From NCBI GenBank assembly GCA_943788295.1, contig CALSPS010000006.1:26192-90191 (forward strand): DNA of 64,000 nt, given 5' to 3'. The notes under the pieces were generated by a model. The model worked only from the letters and a program-made list of their open reading frames with translations, was not told the DNA's origin and did not search any database. The position numbers and the translations under genes were made by a program. This stretch comes from Candidatus Poseidoniaceae archaeon (GTDB lineage Archaea > Thermoplasmatota > Poseidoniia > Poseidoniales > Poseidoniaceae). Within the stretch, counting starts at the first letter, position 1. Each line of letters begins with the position of its first letter. Positions 1-9,173 of the stretch are shown in pieces.

Positions 1-146
1 TTTGGGATTCGCAAAATGACCCTTCGTCCTGTCACCCCGGGGACATCTGGGTGTTTTGCCGCTTCACCATAGCGACCCCACCACACTGGTACTCGACAAG
101 GATAGGTCCCCGAATAGGTATGTTTTCCTTTGTCGGCGACCTCCAC
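1..146 (-). CDS. Partial hypothetical protein (runs off window edge)
   Basis: Manual translation: GTG at 146 preceded by SD-like GAGGTG; open frame VEVADKGKHTYSGTYPCRVPVWWGRYGEAAKHPDVPGVTGRRVILRIP to position 1. Confidence 0.45.
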   Translation of the reverse strand, partial: MEVADKGKHTYSGTYPCRVPVWWGRYGEAAKHPDVPGVTGRRVILRIP

Positions 147-155
147 ATCAACACC

Positions 156-329
156 TCAAAATTCTATGAGCGTCCAAAGAAGCAAGGTGAGCATCGATGC
201 AACACCGAGCAGGGCAGATAACCGTGTGGCCTCCACCCGTTTCGAGAAGTTTCGCAAATACCACGTTGTTACACCAAACACCATGACCAACACCCAAAGC
301 GCATACCAAGATGCAGGATAGGTGGTCAT
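156..329 (-). CDS. Small 57-aa two-helix membrane protein (not in ORF track)
   Basis: Manual translation MTTYPASWYALWVLVMVFGVTTWYLRNFSKRVEATRLSALLGVASMLTLLLWTLIEF*; two hydrophobic segments; co-oriented directly downstream of the large surface protein. Confidence 0.7.
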   Translation of the reverse strand: MTTYPASWYALWVLVMVFGVTTWYLRNFSKRVEATRLSALLGVASMLTLLLWTLIEF

Positions 330-354
330 GTGCCTCGCTGGAGAGGTTCATGTA

Positions 355-3300
355 TCATGGTTGTCCTTGGTTTCGGTCAAGGTATTGCTGGCCATAGTGC
401 ACCCATTGTTCCATTGTCCAACCTGTTGGCAAACCACCTTCAGGTAGAGGTGGATGGGAGGGTTCAGTTGTTTGTTCGGGTTCAACCGGGACAACAGTCG
501 CCTGTTCTCCGCTGGTGGATACAGGCGGGCCGCTTGAGGTGGGAGGGCCAGATTGAATTGCTTCTGGAATTTCCTTTTCTAAGGTGAAATCCACTTCCTC
601 ACTCGAACGCGATCGCAACAGAAGCACCATGAGCAGGGAGAAGGCGAGCAAGACCGCTATCCCGCCTGCGACCACTTCAACGGTCATGCTTGCTTCGTCC
701 ACCGGACGTTCTTCAAACTGGTACACCTGCGCACCTTCCCAGGTGGTTTTGCCATCATGCGATGCGATCATGAATGTAATTTTACCGTCCAATGGACCGC
801 TTAATCTGTGAAGCGTGCATGGGACATCTTGCAATTGTGGGGTGATGTGTCCAGCACTAAATGTGAGGTTTTGCCCATTCGCATCCATCAACACTCCATT
901 GCAAACGAGTTGCCAACCGTCGGGGACATTCGCCATGAACAGCACGTGTTCTGATTGGCTAGAAACGCTCGTCATGTTGACGTAGAGTGGTGCACCCGTG
1001 CCGGTGGTATGGCTCATGGAACTCGGGGCGCTGAGTTCAGCCTCGACGTGCCGTTGCTGATCCACAACAACCAACGCCTCATGTTGCAATTCATACGGTT
1101 GCATTTCTGCATTCATACCAGCAATCACTTGGAAGGTAACGACGATTCTTGTGTTGAGGATCATGTCTTTGGGAAGAATCAGGTCGACGATGAGCAGGGT
1201 GGATTGATTTGCTAACAATGTGATTGTCAGTGGTTCATTGACAGCCTTTGAACTGCTGCTTAACCCGGTGGAGAAAAACGCGACCATATCGGGAATGGGT
1301 GGGGACGCAGATACACTTGCCAATACGATGATCTCATCATCTGCTGCGTTACCGATGTTGGTTAATGTGGCATTGATGCTGACCGTTCCTCCAACGATGG
1401 CCGATGTAGATCCAAGTCCCCCTTCCAATGAAGGTATTCGAACAGATGCCGTAATGGTGTCAAAAGTCACACTGTTGTCATCAGGGTTCAAATCTTCGAG
1501 ACCGAGGGCGTTTTCGGTGCTGATTGTAATGGTGTGGACTTCACTTGCTGCTTCTTCACTCGGCACCAAGACCCATAATTCAACGGTGGCGTTGTTCTCT
1601 AAATCATAAGGTGCAGACAGTGCAATGGTTCCATCATGTTGAGCGCCATCCACAGTCACCCATGTGCTCCAAGCTAACGGGAGATCAATTGTGTCGACGC
1701 TAGCCTCAATAGGCCCATTGCCATTATTGACCACTTCAAGGAGGATACGATTGGCAGTGCCGGGTCTCAATTTTGAAGGTGATTCTAACAGTTCAAGTGA
1801 AAGATCACTGATCGTTCGTACCACGATAGAATCAAAGTCATCGCCTGCGATTGTCATCCCGCTTCGTTCAGAAGTAATCTGGGGTGTGATCGTTGGTGCT
1901 TTATCGCCTGCCTGGCCGGTTTCGGGAGCGGTAATTTTTGCAGTGAAGGTTGTGGTTGCTCCCGGATTGATGACTGCGTCGGGGCGCGTTGGTTGTTCAA
2001 TGGCCCATAGCGATGATGTATCATGAAGGATTTCCATTGAAAATATATCTTGGCGGGAGGCATTATTCCAAATTGTAAATTCTATGGTTTTGGTTTCACC
2101 AGCATCGACCATCCAATCCTTTGATGCTTGGTTGTGGGTCATGCCCACCTCGGCTTCGCTGATCATTGATGCGGCAACATCGATGACTAATCCATGTGAT
2201 TTGGCTGAATTGTTTTGTGATTGGGCGATCATGGTGAACGAAACCACCGTGTCTGGGGTTGCTGTTGAGGGAACTGTCATTGTGAGGCCAACCATTACTG
2301 GGGTGTCAGGGCGAACGAGGATCGATTCTGATTGAGTCCACGACAACTGAACCATCCATTGCTCTGGTAAGCCTAAATGATCCAGCGAGAGATCAAACAC
2401 ATCGGTTGCGTCTCCAATGTTCCTTACTTCTATTTCGAAGGGGCAAGTGTAGCCCGGCGGGCATGATGGGCGTGTTTCGGGCTGCACGACCAATGGCTCA
2501 CGGTCCGGTAACACTTGGTACTGAACCGGTAATGTCGTGTTGATGGATTGATATTGACTTGATGTTCCTATGAACGTCATTTGTTCAAAACCGGTTGTTG
2601 CATTTTCATCCGGCTTTATTTTTACATCAATGGTTTTGCTCTCACCCGGTGCAAGCAAGACCCCGGTCTGTTCGTTGATCGAAACACCTGTTGGATGAGC
2701 GTAATACACCTCCCAATCGGCCGGCAATTGTTCGACAGAAGGAAGCACATAATCCGAAATGTTACCTTCATTGGTTAAACTCACGCTTACCGTTCCCCAT
2801 TCATTTGGCAAGGAACCCATTGTGGATACACCTGTCGATGAAAGTGCATATTCGAGGGGCTTGACTTTTTGGTCGTACACAATGACAATGTCATCCAGCC
2901 AAAAGCCCACATCATTGACTGATGCGTCAGTTGTAAGAATAAATCTAAATTTTGTTGAGGGCGAAAATCCACTCTGTGGGGCAGGAATCAGCGGTGATGA
3001 TGTGCCCTGATTGTTGACAGAAAATGTTTGCCATGATGCACCATCGATGAACACTTGGTCTATGGTTCCGGAGATCGTAGCAAGTTCTGTGTTGGTTCCA
3101 GCGTTGTTTTGAACATAGACTTTCAGTTCATCACCAGGTTGTGAACTTCCAGTGTAAAAGAATGAGAGTCCATTGGTCTGAAGAGGGGCTATGACCGCGT
3201 CAGACATATCGAAGGCTGGTGTTTCAAGAACACTTGATGTTGATGCAGAATACGTCGACGCTTCACCATTGCCAGCGTGACAAGCAGTTCCTTGAGACAA

Positions 3301-3915
3301 CGATGTGTCGGTGCTCATTCCCCATTCATTTGTGGTGGTCCACTGTGTGAGATCATTGCAATTGAAGTAATGAGAAGCCACTGTAAAATGACGGTTTCTT
3401 TGGTTATTTGAAGGGACATCATCGAGGATTGTAGAAGTGCCAATGACCTGGATCGAGTGGTTTCCTGAATAAGTAGGAGTAAAGGTGAACCCAATCGAAT
3501 TTGACGCACCACCAGACAATCCTGCCATTTGTTGAGTGATGTTGATCATCTCGAAGAGCTGGTATTCATTGTGAAGAACCTTCAAGTTCACATCAATGGT
3601 CCCGGATGGACTTGTTCCTCGGTTTTCTAACGTCACTTCAGCATAGATGGGGACATTGACAACTGCGTCGATGACATACAATTCAGCAGGCCGGTTGAAT
3701 GCGGGAATGGGGTGGTTTGAAGAGAACATCCGGTATTTTCCTTCATCCGCACTCGATGTGTATGAAAAGGATGTGTTCGATACTGTGACGTCGACACCTG
3801 TGGCTTTCGCATTGCTCTGGAGAGGTGATCCTTCTTCAGGCGCCAGTTGCGTTATTGGACTTGCAGTGCTCAGGACGAACAGAAGAACCAACAAAATTGC
3901 GGGGGCTCTTTTCAT
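355..3915 (-). CDS. Large secreted, membrane-anchored surface protein (CARDB plus NEW3/COG1470-like Ig folds, C-terminal TM and Pro/Trp tail)
   Basis: Signal peptide MKRAPAILLVLLFVLSTA; repeated V.N.GN..D.. Ig-like modules; TM VVAGGIAVLLAFSLLMVLLL; tail PPLPEGGLPTGWTMEQWVHYGQQY; start moved to 3915 to avoid overlap. Confidence 0.8.
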   Translation of the reverse strand: MKRAPAILLVLLFVLSTASPITQLAPEEGSPLQSNAKATGVDVTVSNTSFSYTSSADEGKYRMFSSNHPIPAFNRPAELYVIDAVVNVPIYAEVTLENRGTSPSGTIDVNLKVLHNEYQLFEMINITQQMAGLSGGASNSIGFTFTPTYSGNHSIQVIGTSTILDDVPSNNQRNRHFTVASHYFNCNDLTQWTTTNEWGMSTDTSLSQGTACHAGNGEASTYSASTSSVLETPAFDMSDAVIAPLQTNGLSFFYTGSSQPGDELKVYVQNNAGTNTELATISGTIDQVFIDGASWQTFSVNNQGTSSPLIPAPQSGFSPSTKFRFILTTDASVNDVGFWLDDIVIVYDQKVKPLEYALSSTGVSTMGSLPNEWGTVSVSLTNEGNISDYVLPSVEQLPADWEVYYAHPTGVSINEQTGVLLAPGESKTIDVKIKPDENATTGFEQMTFIGTSSQYQSINTTLPVQYQVLPDREPLVVQPETRPSCPPGYTCPFEIEVRNIGDATDVFDLSLDHLGLPEQWMVQLSWTQSESILVRPDTPVMVGLTMTVPSTATPDTVVSFTMIAQSQNNSAKSHGLVIDVAASMISEAEVGMTHNQASKDWMVDAGETKTIEFTIWNNASRQDIFSMEILHDTSSLWAIEQPTRPDAVINPGATTTFTAKITAPETGQAGDKAPTITPQITSERSGMTIAGDDFDSIVVRTISDLSLELLESPSKLRPGTANRILLEVVNNGNGPIEASVDTIDLPLAWSTWVTVDGAQHDGTIALSAPYDLENNATVELWVLVPSEEAASEVHTITISTENALGLEDLNPDDNSVTFDTITASVRIPSLEGGLGSTSAIVGGTVSINATLTNIGNAADDEIIVLASVSASPPIPDMVAFFSTGLSSSSKAVNEPLTITLLANQSTLLIVDLILPKDMILNTRIVVTFQVIAGMNAEMQPYELQHEALVVVDQQRHVEAELSAPSSMSHTTGTGAPLYVNMTSVSSQSEHVLFMANVPDGWQLVCNGVLMDANGQNLTFSAGHITPQLQDVPCTLHRLSGPLDGKITFMIASHDGKTTWEGAQVYQFEERPVDEASMTVEVVAGGIAVLLAFSLLMVLLLRSRSSEEVDFTLEKEIPEAIQSGPPTSSGPPVSTSGEQATVVPVEPEQTTEPSHPPLPEGGLPTGWTMEQWVHYGQQYLDRNQGQP

Positions 3916-3961
3916 GGCGCTCGCTTTGCTACACCGCTTCAAGGTATATGAGGAGAGTGGC

Positions 3962-4828
3962 TCATTCCTTTTCCGAAATGGATTCACGCCCTAGAGCATT
4001 TTCAATGTCGTCTTCAGACTCTTTGAGTTTGACAGCATCTCGCTTTTCCTTGGCATTGGCTGCCCAATACACCGTAAAAGATGGGACTAAAACCATGGAG
4101 AAACATCCCGCAACGGCAGCTAAGGCCCACAAAAATTCTGTGGCGGCATCAACAGAAAACGGTTCTATGGTTGCGAAGGCTTCATTCACGGTCGTGATGC
4201 TCATTGCGGGTGCGGTTGTTCGGTTGCCACGTTCAATAATCTCAACCCTAAGAAGCGAGGGTGAGTGCTCATATTCAATCGCTTCTTCAGCCTTAACTTG
4301 TGCATCTTCAATGGTTTGAGCGTAGACAGTACCGTTTGATCGTCGGGCTGGATCTGTGCTTGTCAGGGCATTTATTCGCACATCGCCTCCATCCTCGGCA
4401 ATGTAGGAGTGAGAATTGTTCTTTTGGCAAGATTCTCTGCAGCTAAATCCATCAGCATCTGCAGTCCCTAAAAGGGGATGGCTGAACAAGCCCGCGCCGT
4501 TGATTAACCGGACCTCGGCACCATTCGATACTTCTGCTGCGGTCAAATTCACCCAGGTCAAATTTGCTCCATTTGCCGGCACTGACCACGTCCAAGTCGT
4601 CATATTCTGATCCTCTTGGTAGATTCGTGTGGGTTCGATCCCATCGTGAACGGTGGTTTCAGCATCTGTATCGTAGAGGTAATAGGAAGGGGAGACAGTA
4701 GCACCGTAAACGGCGTATGAGAGCATGAAAATAAGGGTGAAAGAGAGTCCTAATAGGGTTCGCAACAGGTTCGGGTTTTGAGCCAAAGCCTTCCTCATCA
4801 GGGTAAGCAAGGACACGCCCTTCATCAA
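3962..4828 (-). CDS. Hypothetical membrane protein (N- and C-terminal TM helices)
   Basis: 288-aa ORF with hydrophobic helices at both ends around a soluble domain. Confidence 0.7.
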   Translation of the reverse strand: MMKGVSLLTLMRKALAQNPNLLRTLLGLSFTLIFMLSYAVYGATVSPSYYLYDTDAETTVHDGIEPTRIYQEDQNMTTWTWSVPANGANLTWVNLTAAEVSNGAEVRLINGAGLFSHPLLGTADADGFSCRESCQKNNSHSYIAEDGGDVRINALTSTDPARRSNGTVYAQTIEDAQVKAEEAIEYEHSPSLLRVEIIERGNRTTAPAMSITTVNEAFATIEPFSVDAATEFLWALAAVAGCFSMVLVPSFTVYWAANAKEKRDAVKLKESEDDIENALGRESISEKE

Positions 4829-4947
4829 CCCTTGTCTGCCCCATGCATCTGGTGAGAAAACGCCACACGGCGTGAGTTGTTGGACACCTTAGCACCCGCT
4901 CTCTTCATATAGGGGCGTAAGGTCGGCAAATTGCTTGGTGTATTGTC

Positions 4948-5439
4948 ATGACGACTCTCTATGATATCCCCGCAGAACTCTTGAACCCTGCACTTGCTGC
5001 GCGTTTGGCTGCTGAAAAGGCTGTTGAAACCCCAGATTGGGCAGAATTTGTCAAAACTGGCGTCTCCCGTGAACGCCCTCCAAGTCAGGACAATTGGTGG
5101 TTCCTACGGTCTGCCGCACTCATGCGAAAACTCGCACGTGAAGGTCCAATCGGTGTGACCCATCTTTCCCAAGCCTATGGCGGGCGCAAGGACAATGGCG
5201 CTGCACCCAACACCCCCGGTGTCGCTTCCCGCCACATCATTCGAACCGCTCTTCAACAACTCGAAGCCTCTGGCCTCGTCGAAAAGGTGCCAACCCGAAC
5301 CGTTGACACCGAGGACGGGCCTGTTCAACTTTACGCCGGACGTCGGATCACCGCAGCCGGTCAAAAGATGATTGATTCCGTCGCTCATGAATGCCGCCCA
5401 GCGGCAGAAGAGCAATTCCCAGGACTATCCAAGTACTGA
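4948..5439 (+). CDS. rps19e: 30S ribosomal protein S19e
   Basis: PDWAEFVKTGVSRERPP..WWFLRSAAL.RK...GPIGV..L...YGG; IIRTALQQLE; GRRIT..GQ. Confidence 0.97.
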   Translation: MTTLYDIPAELLNPALAARLAAEKAVETPDWAEFVKTGVSRERPPSQDNWWFLRSAALMRKLAREGPIGVTHLSQAYGGRKDNGAAPNTPGVASRHIIRTALQQLEASGLVEKVPTRTVDTEDGPVQLYAGRRITAAGQKMIDSVAHECRPAAEEQFPGLSKY

Positions 5440-5464
5440 AGAGGACGTGAAGAGGGTGGCCAGC

Positions 5465-5824
5465 ATGTCGACATCACACGATGATGAATTGAACATGCTC
5501 CGAGAACAACGCCGGGCTGCACTCCAACAACAACTTGAGGCTCAAGCAGCACAGCAAGCTGATGCAGAAGTGCAGGCACAACAAGCACAAGTGCAAGCAG
5601 CACAACTCGATGGCGCAATGCGAACGCTTCTCTCCAATGAGGCCCGTTCTCGTCTAGCAACCGTTGCATTGGCAACACCTGCTCGTGCCGCATCCATCAA
5701 ACAGAACATCGTTCAACTCCATTCACAAGGTAAATTCCAAGCCCCAATGTCCGACGATCAACTCAAACAGTTGCTCGCATCACACTCCAAGAGCCGCCGT
5801 AGTGCGTCCATCCGAAGAATCTGA
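5465..5824 (+). CDS. PDCD5/TFAR19-family DNA-binding protein
   Basis: DDEL..LREQRRA.LQQQ, L.NEARSRL..V.LA.P.RA, conserved position after rps19e. Confidence 0.9.
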   Translation: MSTSHDDELNMLREQRRAALQQQLEAQAAQQADAEVQAQQAQVQAAQLDGAMRTLLSNEARSRLATVALATPARAASIKQNIVQLHSQGKFQAPMSDDQLKQLLASHSKSRRSASIRRI

Positions 5825-5838
5825 GAAGGTGCTCGAAC

Positions 5839-5994
5839 ATGTCAAGAAATAAACCAGCAGCAAAAAAAATCCGCCTCATGAAGGCAGGCAAGCAGAATCG
5901 GCGTGTCCCAGTTTGGGTCATGCTCAAGACCGACCGAAACACTGTGTCGCATCCAAAGCGACACCACTGGCGCCGTAGTAAGCTCCAACGCTGA
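5839..5994 (+). CDS. rpl39e: 50S ribosomal protein L39e (not in ORF track)
   Basis: Manual translation [51 protein letters not shown]. Confidence 0.97.
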   Translation: MSRNKPAAKKIRLMKAGKQNRRVPVWVMLKTDRNTVSHPKRHHWRRSKLQR

Positions 5995-6005
5995 GGTGAA
6001 GAAGT

Positions 6006-6281
6006 ATGGTACGACCTAATGAATCTGAACTCATTGTCCCACTCCGAAAGGCCTGGGCCATCACCCGCTACAAGCGAGCTCCAAGAGCAATGCAAATCAT
6101 CCGCGAACACGTGATCCAGCATCTCAGTGTCAGGGAAGACGAAGAAGTGTGGATTGACCCGTCGGTCAACGAGCACATTTGGGCTCGTGGCATTGAAAAT
6201 CCACCTCGCAAAATCAAGCTTCATGTGACACGTCACGACGAGCCTGATATTCCAATCGAAGTCAAACTATCAACGGAGTGA
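6006..6281 (+). CDS. rpl31e: 50S ribosomal protein L31e
   Basis: VPLRKA...RYKRAPRAM..IRE, VWIDPSVNEHIWARGIENPPRKIKL; SD GAGGTGA. Confidence 0.97.
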   Translation: MVRPNESELIVPLRKAWAITRYKRAPRAMQIIREHVIQHLSVREDEEVWIDPSVNEHIWARGIENPPRKIKLHVTRHDEPDIPIEVKLSTE

Positions 6282-6287
6282 TCAATA

Positions 6288-6479
6288 ATGGGAAATATTC
6301 GACCAAGTTTTATCAAAATCCGAGCCATACACCTTGTTGAAGATCACGGAGAAAAGTTCACCGATGATTTCGAACACAACAAACAGATGGTACAACAACT
6401 CACTGATGTTGAGTCCAAGAAACTCCGCAACTGGATCGCAGGATACGTCACGCGATACCGACAACGCCGAGTCGACTGA
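6288..6479 (+). CDS. rps17e: 30S ribosomal protein S17e
   Basis: MGNIRPSFIK..A..L...H..KFTDDFEHNK...SKKLRNWIAGYVTR. Confidence 0.97.
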   Translation: MGNIRPSFIKIRAIHLVEDHGEKFTDDFEHNKQMVQQLTDVESKKLRNWIAGYVTRYRQRRVD

Positions 6480-6493
6480 GCAGGTGCTTCGAA

Positions 6494-6724
6494 GTGGCTC
6501 TGCGGGTCAACTGGGACCGCACTCCCGTTTCTGTGCATCACGAAAGCAAAGCATTGCTTGAGTTGTTGATTCTCCACCTCAAGAACAAACACGGATTGCG
6601 CAAGCGATCCATTGTTATGGAGGACCGAGAAGAGGGTCCTGGTTTCCTCTTTTTCTTGTATCAAGCGTGTGACCCACGCTGGATTTCTGAATTCGATATC
6701 GCTCAAGTTCCCGAGGAGGAATGA
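6494..6724 (+). CDS. Small hypothetical protein
   Basis: 76-aa ORF with SD-like AGGTG upstream; stop overlaps start of the next gene. Confidence 0.6.
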   Translation: MALRVNWDRTPVSVHHESKALLELLILHLKNKHGLRKRSIVMEDREEGPGFLFFLYQACDPRWISEFDIAQVPEEE

Positions 6725-7566
6725 AGCCAATGGGTGACAGGAGCACACTTCCGTTACCTCAATCCACTTACAGCCTGGAAATTGTGTTGATTGGAGTGTC
6801 CCACCCAGGGAATCTGGGTGCTGTTTGTCGGAGCATGTTGAATTATGGATTTACCAACCTGAGGCTGGTGAATCCCCGATGTGAACCGGATAACATCGAA
6901 GCGAGGAACCGAGCCAAGCATGCAGGTCGTGTCCTTGACCACTGCACCACATACGATTCCCTCGACGCAGCAACCGAAGATGCATCGATCATTATTGGCA
7001 CATCAGGCAAGCGAGAAATTGGTTCAAAAACTAATTTTAGGCACTTCGTCTATCCGTGGGAACTTTCAGAACGCTTGGAAAATTTCACCGGCAAAGTTTG
7101 TCTCGTCTTTGGCGAAGAAGGAAAAGGCATGTCCACGGAAGACTTAGCGAAATGCGACTACCTCGTCACACTCCCTACATGGGAAGGCTATCCAATTGCC
7201 AACCTCTCTCATGCAGTGAATGCCTGTGTCTATGAGTTGCATCGGAACCGGGTGATTGCCAGACAGGGCAAGGAAGAAGGCTTACCCGATGTGGTACCGC
7301 TTGAGCGATCGCTCAATCCGGAGTTGAAACAGATTCTTCATCAAACGGTGCGGGAATTAGCCAACGCCCTACCCGGCAACAATGAGCGTCGCCAAAGCTT
7401 TGGACAATCCCTGACCCGTTCCATCATGCGTTCAATGCCGACTCAGGGAGAGGCGACGAGGATGATTGGAGGTCTTCTTGATGCGACAACTGCAATCCAA
7501 TACGTCGAAGGGAACGAAGCGTGGCGCAGCCAACGAAGGCGCAAGATCAGTCCTGAGGAAGAATGA
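6721..7566 (+). CDS. trmJ: SPOUT tRNA methyltransferase, TrmJ/LasT family
   Basis: HPGNLGAVCRSMLNYG..LRLVNP, A.HA, LVFGEEGKGM, YPIANLSHAV. Confidence 0.9.
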   Translation: MKPMGDRSTLPLPQSTYSLEIVLIGVSHPGNLGAVCRSMLNYGFTNLRLVNPRCEPDNIEARNRAKHAGRVLDHCTTYDSLDAATEDASIIIGTSGKREIGSKTNFRHFVYPWELSERLENFTGKVCLVFGEEGKGMSTEDLAKCDYLVTLPTWEGYPIANLSHAVNACVYELHRNRVIARQGKEEGLPDVVPLERSLNPELKQILHQTVRELANALPGNNERRQSFGQSLTRSIMRSMPTQGEATRMIGGLLDATTAIQYVEGNEAWRSQRRRKISPEEE

Positions 7567-7572
7567 ATCTTC

Positions 7573-8022
7573 TCAAGCGTGCCAAGAAGCGACGCTTTTG
7601 GGTGTTTCTCGAACATGCATGGCCACCAAACGAAGCCTGTTCCCATAGGCAGATTTGATGTGTGGCTCAACTTGCTCGAAAGCCCACTTTGCAAGATTTT
7701 CTGCTGTTGGGACAAATGGGACCACTACAGTCCTGTGGTCTGAGTCCATCATTTTGAGGGCGGAACGTGCTTGCTCATCATGCTCGTAGACCACGAAGGC
7801 GTGATCGACCACATCATGGACGTAAAGGGTAAGAATCTCACTCACATCTGAAAAATCCATCAACATTCCCTCGTCCGAAACGCCGGGATCTTGAACAACA
7901 TCTCCCTCGATTTCTGCCTCAAATCGGTAGCGGTGACCGTGCATGTGCCGACATTTGCTCTTGTGGTTTGGCACACGATGGCCAGTATCAGTCTCAATGT
8001 ATCTTCGTATTCGTGTGGTCAT
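7573..8022 (-). CDS. queD: 6-carboxy-5,6,7,8-tetrahydropterin synthase
   Basis: GHR....KSKCRHMHGHRY, GMLMDF, DH, PTAENLA, VRETP. Confidence 0.95.
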   Translation of the reverse strand: MTTRIRRYIETDTGHRVPNHKSKCRHMHGHRYRFEAEIEGDVVQDPGVSDEGMLMDFSDVSEILTLYVHDVVDHAFVVYEHDEQARSALKMMDSDHRTVVVPFVPTAENLAKWAFEQVEPHIKSAYGNRLRLVAMHVRETPKSVASWHA

Positions 8023-9173
8023 TGTTCCAACTCCTCAAATTCCAACGAGGCTGAATTGATGCAATATCTCATTCCGCCGTGTTCTCTTGGTCCGTCGTTG
8101 AAAATGTGACCAAGATGTGCGTCGCATTTCGAACATCGAACCTCTGTTCGAATCATGCCATGCGCACGGTCTTCTATTTGATCAATGGACGCCCTTGCAT
8201 GCTCGCTGTGGAAGGATGGCCATCCACAACCGGAATCGAATTTCATGGCAGATGTGAAGAGGTGATGGCCGCAACAGATACAACTGTAATTCCCTGGTCT
8301 TTTCTCATCCCAATACGTACCTGTGAACGCACGCTCAGTCCCACTTTCTCGCGTGACATGATATTGCAGTTGCGTTAATTTCTCTTTGTAATATGCGTCT
8401 TTGTGTTTCCGTTCTGTTTCCAAGGCTGCAGCGAGGACGGTATCCCACGGTTCAGTGTATTCTATTGGGTCGACCAAGTCAAGTGCGTTGAAAGCTAGAA
8501 TTCGTTCCACATCAGAGCCACTACGCCCTGAACTTCTCCCTTCTTGATCAGGGTTGTACGACGTGATGGTGTTTTCAAACACACGGTCAAAATTCAAGCC
8601 AGTCTTGTCGCATGAAGCCAAGGCGTCTTTCAAAATGGTTACCTTGTCTCCGTCAATGTATGGTAGATGGAACGAAACTGTGTGACTGTCCCAGTTCCCC
8701 ACTGCAAAAGCATGCTCTAGGGCTTGGTAAAATTCTGGTCGGCAATCGGGATAGATCGCATGATCTCCTGAGTGCACCCCCAAGGCAATTTCGACATTGG
8801 TCTTTTCTCGTTTGCCCACTGACAGGGCGTATCCGTAGAGGATTGATGCGAAAATGGCGTTCCTATTTGGAACGACCGTTGATTTCATCTGATCTTCTTC
8901 ATAATGGCCTTCGGGAACCACGCTGCCTTTGTTTATCAGAGAAGATTCAAACAAGTTCATCGCTGAAGTCAAATCCACAATGTGATGCTCGATACTGTGT
9001 CCTTTGTCTAGCAAGTATGCAATGTTGTTTGATGCTCTTGTCAACTCAACGCTGTGTTTTTGACCGTAATTATAGGAGATGCAACTGACCTTTTTTCCTG
9101 CCGCTAGGGCGTTCAGGAGCAGTGAAGTAGAATCCATTCCCCCAGAGAGAGCCATGACTGTACGCCCGGACAT
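8019..9173 (-). CDS. queC-msrB: Fusion protein: 7-cyano-7-deazaguanine synthase QueC plus methionine-R-sulfoxide reductase MsrB
   Basis: N-term SGGMDS, YGQKH, STVVPNRN, GDHAIYPDCRPEF; C-term QYHVTRESGTERAFTG, CICC, KFDSGCGWPSF, RTEVRCSKCDAHLGHIFNDGP, RYCINS. Confidence 0.93.
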   Translation of the reverse strand: MSGRTVMALSGGMDSTSLLLNALAAGKKVSCISYNYGQKHSVELTRASNNIAYLLDKGHSIEHHIVDLTSAMNLFESSLINKGSVVPEGHYEEDQMKSTVVPNRNAIFASILYGYALSVGKREKTNVEIALGVHSGDHAIYPDCRPEFYQALEHAFAVGNWDSHTVSFHLPYIDGDKVTILKDALASCDKTGLNFDRVFENTITSYNPDQEGRSSGRSGSDVERILAFNALDLVDPIEYTEPWDTVLAAALETERKHKDAYYKEKLTQLQYHVTRESGTERAFTGTYWDEKRPGNYSCICCGHHLFTSAMKFDSGCGWPSFHSEHARASIDQIEDRAHGMIRTEVRCSKCDAHLGHIFNDGPREHGGMRYCINSASLEFEELEQ

